This document shows positions 28,971 to 42,261 of a DNA stretch of 64,000 bases, in pieces. The number at the start of each line of letters is the position of its first letter. Positions within the stretch are counted from its first letter, which is position 1. A program made the position numbers and the translations under genes. The notes beneath the pieces are model-generated. The model had not been told where the DNA came from, made no database searches, and worked only from the letters and a program-made list of their open reading frames with translations. Location: the NCBI GenBank assembly GCA_051362555.1, contig CM120649.1:8680001-8744000 (forward strand), written 5' to 3'. The DNA comes from Lingula anatina. Taxonomy: Eukaryota > Animalia > Brachiopoda.

Positions 28971-31668
28971 GTAAGTATGAATGGTATATAGTGCAATATA
29001 GCAATGATAATATCTGTGGAGGGCGATAATATATTTAATGACTGTTCATGACTCTATAATGCCCCAGCTTTGGGCAGGTTTTACTTAATCTGTAATTTTT
29101 CATTGTTTTTTGAGCACACATATTTAGTTTTATGGGCTAATTGTCTGCTGCTGTAAGTATAAAGACTGATTTCAAAAAACACAAGCTATATTTAAAAAGT
29201 TAAAAACAGTAATTTCTTTCAGTGAAGTATTTTATATGTCTGAGTTACATGACATACTTTATGAAAACTAAACAAAAAAAAAATCAAAACCTTCAAACAA
29301 CTATGAAGTTCTTGACAGTTTAACATATCTTTATCTGTCAGTGTATTGCATGCCATTATCTTTAAGGCCCCATCCAAACATGCCATTCAAACCAAAGCTG
29401 AAATCTACAGATTGATTACATCTACACGCAAGTATAATCTCTCAGATGTGAAATTGATATAAAACTAAGGTTTCAAAAGCTCCAAACTTTTCTTTTATGG
29501 CAATAAAAACAACACCATGTTTTTCCACATTTATTTATTTATTTTATTTATTTATTTATTTATGTGTCTTTTCACTTTGAAAGTGATGCACTTGTAACTA
29601 AGAAAGCCGTTGCACACACTCACATTAGCACACATGACAAAAGATAATATTCAAATTTGATATTTTAATGAAGTGAAATATTTTAAAAGTTTCTTGATAA
29701 GTCTATATGATATATACTAATTACTATATATTTACACACACTTCTTGTGTGAAGAGTCTTGGGCATTTGAGCATTTTAAAGGGTAATTTTGAATCCAGTT
29801 ATGCTGTTTAAGAATTTAAAGGACAAAAGTGTCGTGATCAATTTGTGAAATACAATATTGTGACATTTGTAACAGGAAGTGATAAGAGTGAGTTATTATC
29901 TTACCTTTAATATATAACACTACTAACACATTTTTTTTTTTAGTTTAAAAACACACAACTATGTAATAGATTTAAGGTTATTTATTTCACCTGTAGAAAT
30001 GGAGAATGAAGTTACAGTATATGCACGACTGCTCTGGTCAATTACAAAAGAGAGAGTCTACATGTTACAATGAATAAAACACTTAGTTTAAACAAAATAA
30101 CTGATCAAATAAATACACCATTTAATAATATAACTAAATAAATAATGCATCATGGCAATTGAATTTGAAAGAATAATTAGCTCACCTGTAGAAATAGAGA
30201 ATGAAGTTACAGTATTTGTATGACCGCTCTGGTCAATTACAAATGAGAGAGTAAAAAAGGGCATGGCAGACGACTAGGATCACATGAAGATTCTTATCAT
30301 GTGGGAGAATTATCCAATCAACGCCCGCCAAAGACGAAGAAAGAAGAAATAGATACATACAATATGAAAAAAAATGGGTATGGTTAAAATATGTGAGATG
30401 GGATACATCGTCACACTACTTGTTAATTTCTTCATAAATCGTTAAATTATTTTTGATGTTCATTGTTGCGTGGGACATGATTTTTCCACTAAAGCCATCC
30501 TGCGCTAGTACATAACCAGCTTTTCGTTCTGGTCTATATGCATTTTGTGTCTAAAATAAGCCACCTGATACGGTATTGGGTTTAGATTTTTTGAGACCTG
30601 ATATATGAATCACAAAACTAATGAGCACATCACGCTATTCATGTTATATGTTTATTGCAGTTTCAAGTCATTGCCAATGAATGATAACATTTTTTCTCTA
30701 TAGTACATTATATGAATTGGAAATCTTTATTTTGCGTAACTGCTTTTATTGATATATATGTATGTATGAATCACTCTTAATATTTTTAATCATGAGATGA
30801 ACCTGTCGCTATTGGTGATTCGGGTTTTCTTCTCTTAAGACTTTCCCGACTAGCGTCTCCCCTGCTTTGATGCCCTTTGACTGAAGATAGCGGGTCATCA
30901 TCTTATGCCCATATATAGTTCCTACCTTTAAATAAAGCACATGTTCTTCGATATTATATCATTTACAAAACAGCATGTTTTAAATAAACTTAAAATATGA
31001 ATTAACACTATATAAGAGACTGATTGGCCAAGATTGGCAGTGGCAATTTTTCAGATGCAATTTTTGAATCGACGTGGAATTCTCATGGGCTCAAAAAAAA
31101 TGCAAGCACTAGTTATGTATCTCCGTTTCTGTTATGACTTAAAGGGAAACTTAATGTCAGCTCATTACATCTTTATAAGCTTTATATGATAGAATTTGTC
31201 TGTACTTTTATAGCAGCAGCTCCATTTTCAGTCTACTTTTTCAGTTTGGGATGGGGTTTTATTGATATTGCAATATGTTGGGATATCTACCGCAGACCAC
31301 AGACCATTTGGTTGGGCTAACAAAAAAGAAGGGTGCACACCCAAATATCGTTTACAGATAGCTACATGTACTTATCTCTCCAATAGCTATTGCGACTTCA
31401 TTTGCCATGACCTCAGTTGGTGTTACATAAGACCTCCGAATGTTGTACTTTGAACATATTGTCTTTATGCTCCTTACAGATGCGCCTCTCAAGACTCTCT
31501 ATTGTGTCTTTAGAATGCTTGAACTTTCCTCATTTGTCTTGAAATTCTTAACTAAATCTCTAATAATATTTAGAAAACTTTCAATGGCAGCCATTTTTCT
31601 GCCTATACTTCCGTTTTTCCATTTCATCCCTAAAATGAAAATCAGAAAAATGAACTGACTTCGTTTTT

Positions 31669-34429
31669 ATTGTACCACCAGCGTTAGCGCTGGCGGTACA
31701 CATGGTTTCGGTCTCGTCCGGATCGTTCCGCCGGCTCCGCCGGACGGCTACCGTTACCGCTTCTCCTCCTAGACGGTAAGGCCCCCCATACCCATCTCAT
31801 GGATTTATGTCACCTATAATCTCAACTCGTTCCACGTAAAATTTGGGCTTTGTCGGTATTGGGGTCTGGGTGTGGCACTCATTGCAATGCACCCTTGTCT
31901 AAAAATGGCAAAATTAAATGCTAATTATCTACCCTACGGAAGGAGTTATGGGAAAAATTTCTATAGACGGCTTTCCAAAAGTCATATGTGTAGATTTCAA
32001 ATATACCCTTGGATTTGACCTTTGACCTTTACTTCAAGGTCAAACGGGCCAAAATTTTCAAAAAAATGAAATTTTTTACGAAAAAAAATTTTTTTGCCCT
32101 GTTATTCAGACACCACACAGACTTAGACCTCGACCCCTTAACCAATAATATTATTGGAAAGTGTTACCCTTCAGGTCATCTTTCATCTCCATGAATTTGG
32201 GGTCAATCGATGCATTTTCACGGGAGTAGCGGCCATAAGATACCGAAACTGAAAACTGTCTCTAATTCGGGAACCGTTAATGCTAGAGACCCATTCTTTT
32301 TTGCATTTTGTAGAGCATGTAAAGCCCAACACTGGAGGTGGTCTCGGTTTTTTTGTATTCCATACGGTTTTCGAGTTACGCTGTATCAAAAAGTACATAT
32401 TGGTGGTAAAAGCAAAATGTGCAGTACGGTAATGGATAATAAATTTTGAACTCTGGAAAAATAAAACATTAGGCTTGGCAAAGCAGATAACTTGTGTTCA
32501 AAAATGACATTATTTCATCAAATTTGAACTTCTGAAACTTCAGAGCACCTCCTATTTCAAGAATTTTGACCAAAGTGACATTTTCTTTATTTTAATTAAT
32601 TTTTTCTGTACGAAATTTAAGGCACATTATGGTAACTCCAAAATTATAACATTTAGTCCCTTATATCTCCAAAACTGGCAGAGATAGGTCTATAGTATAG
32701 AAGTTGAATAGGAAGTCATATACTGGCAATCTATATGTGACCTTAAAATTGACCTTTGACCTACTTTTCACCATGAACTGAACTTTGCAAATTTTTCTTC
32801 CCTTTTATCTCCAAAACTGGCAGAGATAGGTCCATAGTTACTATTGAACTTGAATAGGAAGTCATATACTGGCAATCTAAATGTGACCTTAAAATTGACC
32901 TTTGACCTACTTTTCACCATGAACTGAACTTTGCAAAATTTTCTTCCCTTTTATCTCCAAAACTGGCAGAGATAGGTCCATAGTTACTATTGAACTTGAA
33001 TAGGAAGTCATATACTGGCAATCTAAATGTGACCTTAAAATTGACCTTTGACGTACTTTTCACCATGAACTGAACTTTGCAAATTTTGCTTTCGTTTTAT
33101 CTCCAAAACTGGCAGAGATAGGTCCATAGTTACTATTGAACTTGAATAGGAAGTCATATACTGGCAATCTAAATGTGACCTTGAAATTAACCTTTGACCT
33201 ACTTTTCACCATGAACTGAACTTTGCAAATTTTGCTTCCCTTTTATCTCCAAAACTGGCAGAGAAAGGTCCATAGTTACTCTTGAACTTGAATAGGAAGT
33301 CATATACTGGCAATCTATATGTGACCTTAAAATTGACCTTTGACCTACTTTTCACCATGAACTGAACTTTGCAAATTTTGCTTTTCTTTTATCTCCAAAA
33401 CAAGCAGAGATAGGTCCATAGTTACTATTGAACTTGAATAGGAAGTCATATACTGGCAATCTAAGTGTGACCTTAAAATTAACCTTTGACCTACTTTTCA
33501 CCATGAACTGAACTTTGCAAATTTTGCTTCCCTTTTATCTCCAAAACTGGCAGAGATAGGTCCATAGTTACTATTGAACTTGAATAGGAAGTCATATATT
33601 GGCAATCTATATGTGACCTTAAAATTGACCTTTGACCTACTTTTCACCATGAACTGAACTTTGCAAATTTTTCTTCCCTTTTATCTCCAAAACTGTCAGA
33701 GATAGGTCCATAGTTACTATTGAACTTGAATAGGAAGTCATATACTGGCAATCTAAATGTGACCTTAAAATTGACCTTTGACCTACTTTTCACCATGAAC
33801 TGAACTTTGCAAATTTTGCTTTCCTTTTATCTCCAAAACTGGCTGAGATAGGTCCGTAGTTACTATTGAACTTGAATAGGAAGTCATATACTGGCAATCT
33901 ATATGTGACCTTAAAATTGACCTTTGACCTACTTTTCACCATGAACTGAACTTTGCAAATTTTGCTTCCCTTTTATCTCCAAAACTGGCAGAGATAGGTC
34001 CATAGTTACTATTGAACTTGAATAGGAAGTCATATACTGGCAATCTAAGTGTGACCTTAAAATTAACCTTTGACCTACTTTTCACCATGAACTGAACTTT
34101 GCAAATTTTGCTTCCCTTTTATCTCCAAAACTGGCAGAGATAGGTCCATAGTTACTCTTGAACTTGAATAGGAAGTCATATACTGGCAATTTACTGTGAC
34201 CTTGAAATTGACCCTTGACCTATCTTACGAAGAACTGAAATTTGATTGTACCATATATATTTTTTTGCAAAAGTTTAAAAATTCTTGTTGATTGCATTTT
34301 TACAGCTTGTCAAGCACAAAACTGGTGGCTGTGTCCCTTATTTTGTGTATGTGGGGGTCTATACGAATGCGCTTGCTCCAGCTGGTGGTACAATATTCGG
34401 AGGCGGTATCGCCTCTCTGATCCTCTAGT
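31669..34429 (+). mobile_element. Non-autonomous Helentron-type element (HINE), copy 2
   Basis: Same subTIRs, hairpins and CTAG-T end as copy 1; inserted in a T-run (cgttttt|...|tttcaa). Confidence 0.88.
32655..34245. repeat. 146-bp tandem array inside HINE copy 2 (~11 units)
   Basis: cagagatagg anchor at 32821, 32967, 33113 ... 34135 with exact 146-bp spacing. Confidence 0.97.
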
Positions 34430-34869
34430 TTCAATTTGAATTGAAAATGGAAAAATGAGCTCGATTCTCTGATTTCTGCACAGATGGCGCAAAAAAGGTA
34501 TTTTGTAATCTATTCCACCTTTTCATCATTGGAAAACACGATACCAGTCGATATTTATATTTTCTAACACATCAGGGATCTGTCAATCTTTTATTTTGCA
34601 TTTTCTGGAAAAAATGAAAAAACCAAGGGCAATTTTCGTTTGGCCATTTTTCATTTTAAATGGAAAAAACGAAAACTGAGTTTCGTTTTCCATTACATTT
34701 TGGCCATTTCTATAAAAAAACGGCCGTTTTTCCATTTTCTGACGAAATGGAAAACCCCCCCCCCCCCCATACACGGACCAGATAGCAATAGAAGTTAATC
34801 TTACAGTTAAAATTCAAAGAAGTATATCCATAAATGGTTGCTTGTCCATTTAATTGTAATATACAATTA

Positions 34870-35425
34870 ATATTTTCTCATTTTGTTTTAACATGTTTTT
34901 TGTTGGTATACATATAAAGAATGAAAACAAATATTTCTGTAGTATTTAACATATGTCTAGTTCCTTCCATGTTGCGATTTCTGATATCATTCTATATATA
35001 CTAACAAATTTTTTGATTATTAAAATAAGTAAATAAAGACCTTTTATATCATAGGCTTGCACAAGCCTGAATACAAAAATCTCAGGAGATCTCTTAATAA
35101 CTACACCTAAATTATCTTTTACAGAGCAAATAATGCTCATCTCAACATTTTGTACATGTGGGCAATCCCAAAAAAATGTGAAAAATAGTTTCCCTAGCAG
35201 GATTGCAAAATTTACACTGTTCTGATTCTTTTTTCCTTTTTAATTTTCATCAGATAAACATTGGTATTGAATATTCTATGATTTATTCTAAAAGAAAATG
35301 TATTCTGAATTAAGATTGTAAAGCACAGTTACCATTGTAAAGTATGGATTTTCAAACAAAACTTTTGTTCACTTCAGATAAATTTTAAATTTGAACTAAT
35401 CATCTATTATTTCCATAAACAACAG
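34870..35425 (-). mobile_element. Degenerate 3' fragment of an L1/Tx1-clade LINE (zf-RVT region)
   Basis: Minus-strand peptide EQCKFCNPARETIFHIF, plus frameshifted RINHRI..TN and WDCPHV motifs. Confidence 0.7.
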
Positions 35426-35429
35426 TTTC

Positions 35430-35818
35430 TTGCTCAACTTACTGTTCTCCCTATGGATCTTGCACGATGTGAAGATTTCTCTGCAGCAATAACACCTGTC
35501 TCCACTTTCTAAAATATCTTCTCCAGTTATCAGCTGGATAACTGGCCATGTTGAACAGAAAACTCATACTTCTTGCATGCTGTAAAGTTTATGTTGATAT
35601 AAGGACACTTTTAAAAAAAAATTCTTTTCACCTGATCAAAATGATTACTTTAATTTGCAATGCATGCTTGATTGTCAATAAGTTTTCCATTGCTAGTTCA
35701 ATGAGACATTCACGCCTGAAATTTTCAGGCTCACTAGGGGGTTCTTGATCCTCTGGCGTATTTGTCATGGAATATAGTTTTTTTTCTTACATGCCTGACC
35801 TGATCTTGCAAGGTTGTC
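35430..35818 (-). pseudogene. Exons downstream of the ParB-like exon (helical region), frameshifted
   Basis: ttcag acceptor, then TTLQDQVRHVRKK/LYSMTNTPEDQEPPSEPENFRRECLIEL; further exon HARSMSFLFNMASYPADNW. Confidence 0.5.
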
Positions 35819-36122
35819 TGAAAGATTTTAACAGGGACATTTAATCTCACTGAATCAGTGAGTGCTTTACAGTGCAAGGGTATGCAATGCTTAGGTTTAA
35901 TACAGATCAGTTACATTTCTCATATTTAATTTTTCAAGATAAATTATTTATTCAACATTTTTACTACTGCCAGGGAAATTATGTTTTGACATTGTGAGAT
36001 ATGCATATTATTGCGTGCCCTCTGAGTTCCCACCATTTCTATAAATACACTGCCATTCCTCCTTTCTTGGAAATAATAGGGGAGCACAATTTAAATCATT
36101 TTTCTATAATAATTATCATTAC

Positions 36123-36490
36123 CTGTGACACTTCATTTTTGAGATTATGAATGTTTGCCAACTGCAGTGCTTGATGCAGGGATAATTTGTGATATAAGTC
36201 CACCTGAATTGTTCTGATACAATCCAAATGGTTTTCATTACACTCCTGAAGAAGCTGCTGGCAGGCCACTCGAAGATGGTTTCCTCCAAGTGAAACTATT
36301 TTGTAAGTTGGCAGTTTTGCCTCATCAAAGTCTTCATCGCTCAGCAAAAGACATGGCAAGATGACAGTGTGATTTACTGGAGATGTCTTTAATCCCTTTT
36401 TAATTTCTTTCACCCAAGTAGGATCAATTTTTCTGCACATAAAGTTTTCTGGTGGAGCTGTTATGGTCAAGATGCTTATTTCATACCTTC
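36123..36490 (-). CDS. Open 368-nt exon encoding a ParB/Srx-like domain
   Basis: AG/GT-bounded, no stops: RKIDPTWVKEIKKGL..ILPCLL..YKIVSLGGNHLRVACQQL..IQVDLYHKLSLHQALQLANIHN; matches the ParB pattern (G-x-H-x-R-x-A strand-helix plus C-terminal xxxEN-like helix). Confidence 0.65.
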
Positions 36491-36620
36491 CTGTAAATGA
36501 AAACAAGAGGACAAAATTAGAGACAATACTACCAAACTGTAGTACACTGAGTATCTAAGATCAATCATCTGAGGAGCCCTGTGATACAGTGGTTAGGGCA
36601 CGTGTCTTCTCTCTTCAGGT

Positions 36621-37835
36621 TCAATTTTTATTGTGTGTCTTCAAGTAATGCAGGCTTGTTGATAAATCATTCTTCAAACTTTGACATTGATTTGCAGAAA
36701 TGGAGCCTTTGGTCTGCCAGAAATCGCACAACTCTCTGAGAGCCTTAAAGCCTTCTAAAAAGTCTGTCTGGCAGATCTTTGGTGTTTTGTCCAAACCATA
36801 TTCCAACAGGTGTTCTACTGCCTGAATGAAAATAAATAATAATAACAAAATGATTATTTATATACTAAGTGTAAAAGGAAAAACCTCACACATTATTTTA
36901 ATGTATATATACATATAATATTATGTGTATACAAAGTTAATTTTGTTGTTCAATACATTACAGATTACTGTCCGTGCTGTCCATAGATATAGACTTCTGT
37001 CCATAGCTCATTACATGTATTAATAAATTCACATTTTATATTTTTCCTCAGTGCATATATACATAGTCTGGTCATATTAAATATTGCCAAGATCCTTGCT
37101 GGGGAGCTAAGTAATAAAATTATTTTTTATTGCCCTATAAATGTTTCACTTGGGGACTCTTCAAAGGTGTACAGGTTTAGACCTTATATTACAATGTGTG
37201 CTTCCTAGGTAACATAACTCACATGTATACACCATAGTCCACAAGTGTAGCCATCTAGTTGTTTTTCATGGTTGATGGTGACAATCTGGCACCTGATTTC
37301 TTTTCTTCTGGAAAAGTTGCTGAAATTACATTACAAGAAAAATTATACCTCTCAACTTAATCATAATATTGAATTGTCTGCACTTTGTACATAAAATTAA
37401 CATAATTGTTATAAACCTATTATTAATACGATACAATATGATATATTATCATTTTTTTACATGACAGTTTTAATATTCAACTACCTCCAGTTTCTTGTGA
37501 TAATATCCTTTTCTTGGCCAGTCTTTCCAAGGGAATTGACATACATGAATTTACCCTCCTTTCTGTCATAATACTATAGACACATGTGAAAAAATAAGCC
37601 CCAAGTCATTACAATATGTCTTCAAAATTTATATAGATTTGTAATTGCCTAATGTCAAGCATATCTTATAGCAGAATTACAATTATTGCAGAGATAAACT
37701 GCCTACATAAGTAAAAACAACCCAAATCCAAAATTTAAATCTAAGAGAGTCCCATATAAGGGTTGAACACTTACATGTACCAAGGCAGAGTAGTGTCCTC
37801 ATCTAATGCGAACTCCCACTATGATGTCATATTCT
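36621..37835 (-). pseudogene. Spliced Ulp1/SENP (peptidase C48)-like protease domain, disabled
   Basis: Exons ~37835-37775 YDIIVGVRIR*GHYSAL (His), ~37573-37485 KFMYVNSLG..ITRNW, 37319-37223 NF..INHEKQLDGYTCGLWCIH (Gln/Cys), 36821- AVEHLLE; GT-AG junctions between the last three. Confidence 0.75.
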
Positions 37836-38089
37836 CAGAGGTCTTTTTTTATCACAAACAAAGAAAAATTAAAAATAGAAGCAAGCGAAATTTAATTCAA
37901 ATTAATCTATTTATTGCAATTTGGGATAGGAAACAATTACTAACTGAATGCCACCAAACTTACATGTATATCTCTATGAAAATTAAAAGAAAAGTATTGA
38001 GAGTTATGATGGTCTTTTTAACATAAATAGGGAAGGTAACCTTTTTTTAAATCTATAACATATATATATTAATGCATTTTTAAAAGTGC

Positions 38090-38235
38090 CAGTTTTACTC
38101 TTGAACTTGAATAGGAAGTCACATATTGGCAATCTAAATGTGACCCTGAAATTGACTTTTGACCTACTTTTCACCATGAACTGAACTTTGCAAATTTTTA
38201 GGCCCTTATATCTCCAAAACTGGCAGAGATATGCC
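38090..38235 (+). repeat. Orphan single monomer of the 146-bp HINE repeat
   Basis: Matches the array unit without HINE termini. Confidence 0.9.
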
Positions 38236-38410
38236 CAGGCTCGTTTAAAAAACATTTTTAAAAATGTTTTCTTGAAACATTTCAAGAACGTTTTAAAAGG
38301 GTTTAGTGAAAATGTTTTCTTGAAATGTGTTAAGAACGTTTTTAAAAGGTTTTTTGAAAACATTTTTCCGAAACATTGTAAAAACATTTTAAAAATAATA
38401 TTCAGTATTT
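38234..38410. mobile_element. Probable left arm of an EnSpm/CACTA-like MITE
   Basis: CCCAG start followed by tandem aaaacgttttt/aaatgttttc motifs; no right arm seen. Confidence 0.45.
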
Positions 38411-38938
38411 TCATCATATATTATTTGAGGTTAGATTTATAACACAGATTCCAAGAGACCGTAAAATCACCTTTAAGACATAATGAAAAAAAATTGTATT
38501 TTTGTCAAAAGAAATATTTATGTACAATGGCTAAAATTGAAAGTTTTTTCTTTAAAGCATATTCGGCTACCTATTCAAAGTGAATATGGCTAACTAACCT
38601 TTAAGTTAGAAAAATAAGTCATGTTTCCATCATATACAATTCTGGACATTACATGTGGTTTGACATGGAAAACCTGTAAAAAATAATTTAAATGATGATG
38701 TTTTAACCTCATATGACCAAAAAATTACCTCTCCTTAAGGATCTTGGAAACATCTTGACAGCTTTAAGATTCTTAATATGTATTATTTTATTGTGCGTGA
38801 TGCTATGATAATGACGTGAGCATGCCATCATGAACTAGAGTATGTATTTGTAAGACTGATATTTATATATAGTACTGTGTATTTTACAATTTTAATTGAA
38901 GCTATAAGGGCCAGTTAGGGTACACAATGTAACATTTA

Positions 38939-40279
38939 GAGATTAAGTGCCAGTTTTCCTAAGCACCAGACAAGTGCGGTAAGGTGAAGGTTCACAGAAT
39001 TTGACCTTATTGGGCCGAAATACTTGCCTGGGGACCCTTTTAACTTTTGCCATATGACATCTCCCAATACCGTATTTTTGGGGATTTATGCCTAATTTTA
39101 GGTTTTCTCAGCTTTCGGAGCAGATTTTCAGTAAGCAGGCACGCTACTCTTGCATATGCTTATTATTACCTTACTAAGTTATATATTTACAAGGTATTGT
39201 CTTGCCAATCATTGTTCTTCCCCCAGAGATATTCAAACACAAAACTAAAAGTCTTGAAGAATAGTTGGCGACCTGCTGGGTTGTGAGCCAGTCGTCCCTT
39301 GAAAACGGCTTCTTGCCAGTGACAGTATCTATAGATACTTTTAATTTCTTTGTATTGCTACATATGCTGGTTGTTCTTTTCTCCCAGTTTCAAGACCCCT
39401 GTTGAATTCTGCCAGTAGAAATTGCTGAACTCCCTGTGTATATCTTCTCACACTTCTTGGAACCTTAAGGGCCCAGCCAGCTGGGAGGTCCCTTCTGTCC
39501 CTTTGCTTTTAAGTGCTTGGGGCTAGCACACTTTCAGCAGTGCTGCTCGTTTTCACTTCGCCCAATCTTTGGGCCCACTTGGACCTTACAAGGTCATAGC
39601 CAACCTGTTCAAAAAGATGCTGACCTGCAGCAGTATGGGATGTAAGTTCTTCCTCAGTTAGGTAAGACTTCATGCTATGCAGCCTGCTTCCAGACACCTG
39701 AATCTGGGGGCAGCTTTTCCAGCTTGTGCCTCGCTGAAATCATAGCACCTTATCTGTAACCCCAAATGGGACGATAGTTCAGGAATAGCCAGCAGCAGTT
39801 GAGCACTATGGTAACACCCAGCGTTATCAGATCTCAGGAACACCTCTCTGACAGCAGGAACTCTCTTCTGTAATTCACGGAGGGATGATTCCAAAATTGA
39901 AATGACAATAAACCAATTTTTTACACAGTTGTCCAATATGTGAGTGTATCTGAAAAGGTAATTATGTATGTGTGTATATATACACAGAAAAAAAAAGATT
40001 CAAATGACATTTTTCCTTGTGCAAAATGGAGGGTGAAGCAAATACCTCTCCAAAAAGAAATCAATCCAAGTTGATCCTGCTTAGTAGAAACTAATAGAAT
40101 GTTATAAATATTCAAATAAGTTCAAATAGTAAGTTTATGAATTTATAAATCTAATATTTATAAATGAGACCTCAATGTTTCTTACATCATGATTTTCACC
40201 ATCACCAATCATCACTGCTGCTGTGACATGCCATGAAATCCCTTTTTTGGCAAACCAGTCTTGTTGGACCTCTCTATAT
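38939..40279 (-). pseudogene. 3' part of a Sola3-like transposase with candidate terminus
   Basis: YREVQQDWFAKKGISWHVTA (40279-40171), FLRSDNAGCYH..YDFSEAQAGK, deletion, C2H2-like CLEAGC..H..GQH, GWALK..FNRGLETGRK..FSRDDWLTTQQVANYSSRL; TTTA|GAG at 38935-38941 resembles a Sola3 TTAA|GAG end. Confidence 0.7.
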
Positions 40280-40851
40280 ATAGCAATAAAATCGTAAATA
40301 TATTCCGAATCAAAATATTATTATAGTATGCTATTATAGTATGCTGTTGTAAATGAGAAAAACGCGTTGGAGGCAGTATATATTTCTATTAATGGATTTG
40401 AACACCTTCACATTTGTTATTGAAACTTTTGAGTCTGAAAATAATGCAAAAACGCCAACATTGCTCTCTTTTTATATTCCTACAACAGTGCCGACAATTT
40501 CATGACCTTCTTATCTATGGTTACACCGTGAGAGATCATTTAATTCAATCGAGCTTACATCTTGGAGATTAAGAAATACAAAATACGTATTATATGAGCC
40601 TTAAAATGTTGATATTTTAAGCTTTCGTCTCTATGTTTATATATAGTAAAATATAAATGATATAAAATGTGAAGAAAGAATGACTATAGTTAGTTATGGT
40701 TTGTCAAAAATTGTGAAAAGAAAAAGAATTAAAGAAACCGTACTGCTGAGAGCCAAGACGTACCTACATGAGTGGTAAGATTTAATTTGAACATATGCAT
40801 ATACATGTACATGGCTACACATATAATGTATTTAGCATACAGACGCGTAAT

Positions 40852-41417
40852 ATGGCTAGTGGTAGTGCAAAACAAGTTGGAGGAAGGTCAAAGGGGGTGG
40901 AAAATTGGACAGATGCTGAGACTATCGCGCTCATCAACATCTGGGGGGAGGAAGATATGCAAGCACATTTTGCGAGTGTGCGTTTTACTAATGTTCAGGT
41001 TTACAGGAAGATTGCAGAGCGGCTGAGAAAGGATTCGGGTGTTGATCGTTCAGGCCATGCAGGCTTGCCAGAACAGAATCAGAAAGTTGAAGGAGAACTA
41101 TAAAAAAGTAAAAGACAACAACAAGTGAGTTTCTTTTGAATTTTGCAATTATCAGTTACGTTGTCAGATTTCTGACTTCATTCACCTTCTTATTTTTCAT
41201 GTGGTATCTTGTGATTCATCTCTCAGGTGCTGTTACTGTTGATTACCAATATCCATGTGTTCATTACATCTTCAAGTGTTTCTTTCTTAATATTTTTTCA
41301 GTGGTAGTGGTAAGGGGCACAAAACGTGCAAGCATTTCGAGGAGCTGGATAAGATACTTGGAAATCGCCCTCTGCAAATGCCCCGCAACTTGCTAGATAC
41401 AAGCACCCAAGCCACAG
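40852..41417 (+). pseudogene. Myb/SANT-like (trihelix) DNA-binding protein of Harbinger
   Basis: Exon 40852-41124 NWTDAETIALINIWGEE..VYRKIAERL..DRS/ACQNRIRKLKENYKKVKDNN (one frameshift); exon 41302-41417 GSGKGHKTCKHFEELDKILGNRP. Confidence 0.9.
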
Positions 41418-42261
41418 GTAAGCCATTAAAAAGTGACAAGCCAGGTGATTGGGAAGATCTGAGGTGTCACTGTTGTAATGTCCTTTGTTTGTAGGCCCAA
41501 CTACCTGGCATCCACAAACAAACAATTAAGCATAATTACCTTTTCGTTCCAGTAGCTTGCTCTTGGCATTCTGCAAACATGCCACTTTTAGAAAGTGATA
41601 CAATCTGTCGTCTTGATAATACTGCTCCTTTTGATGTTTATTGCAACAAAAAAAAAAAGCCATTTTTCACTTTGCCTTGACACAGTTAATTATTAAAGCT
41701 CATTCCTATATGGTAACGGTTGTGTTTGGAAAAGTTGTTTTTCTTATAGAGGGCAGTTAAATAAGGTCATTTGTTTACATTTTATTTCCACTCTGGCCTG
41801 CTTTTTACATATTACTTTAGTACAGCTATTTTAATAAGAGAATACTGATTGAAATAACTATATGTAACAGGTATAGTTTTGAGCTTGCAATGGCTGCATC
41901 TTGAACCTAAGGTGTAATCCAGCAAATTGTAAATGTCCTATAAATTACCGCATTTTAACCCTTATAATGGGTGGAGAGTAGGCTGTGGTTGATAGCAAAT
42001 TAATCCAAAATTGAGAATATACCCATGGTAAACAAAATACCGTAATACCTCATTGTTACTTTCAAGTGCACGTTTCAACAAAAGACTCGGTACTTAAATG
42101 CACACATTATCTGCATATCCAACAGTCTTAAAAATACAAGAGAAGAGACAATGAAAGCAATGAATAAATTTATTATTTTCTGTAACCAATTTTTGTTTTT
42201 AGGTCAGGTAATTCAAACTATTCAAAAACGGAACTTCTATCACAAAATGGAGAAAGAAAGT

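Noticed and set aside
32655-34245. Regular array as a CRISPR-like locus
   Set aside because: Units are homologous over their whole length with no unique spacers; eukaryotic context and no cas genes
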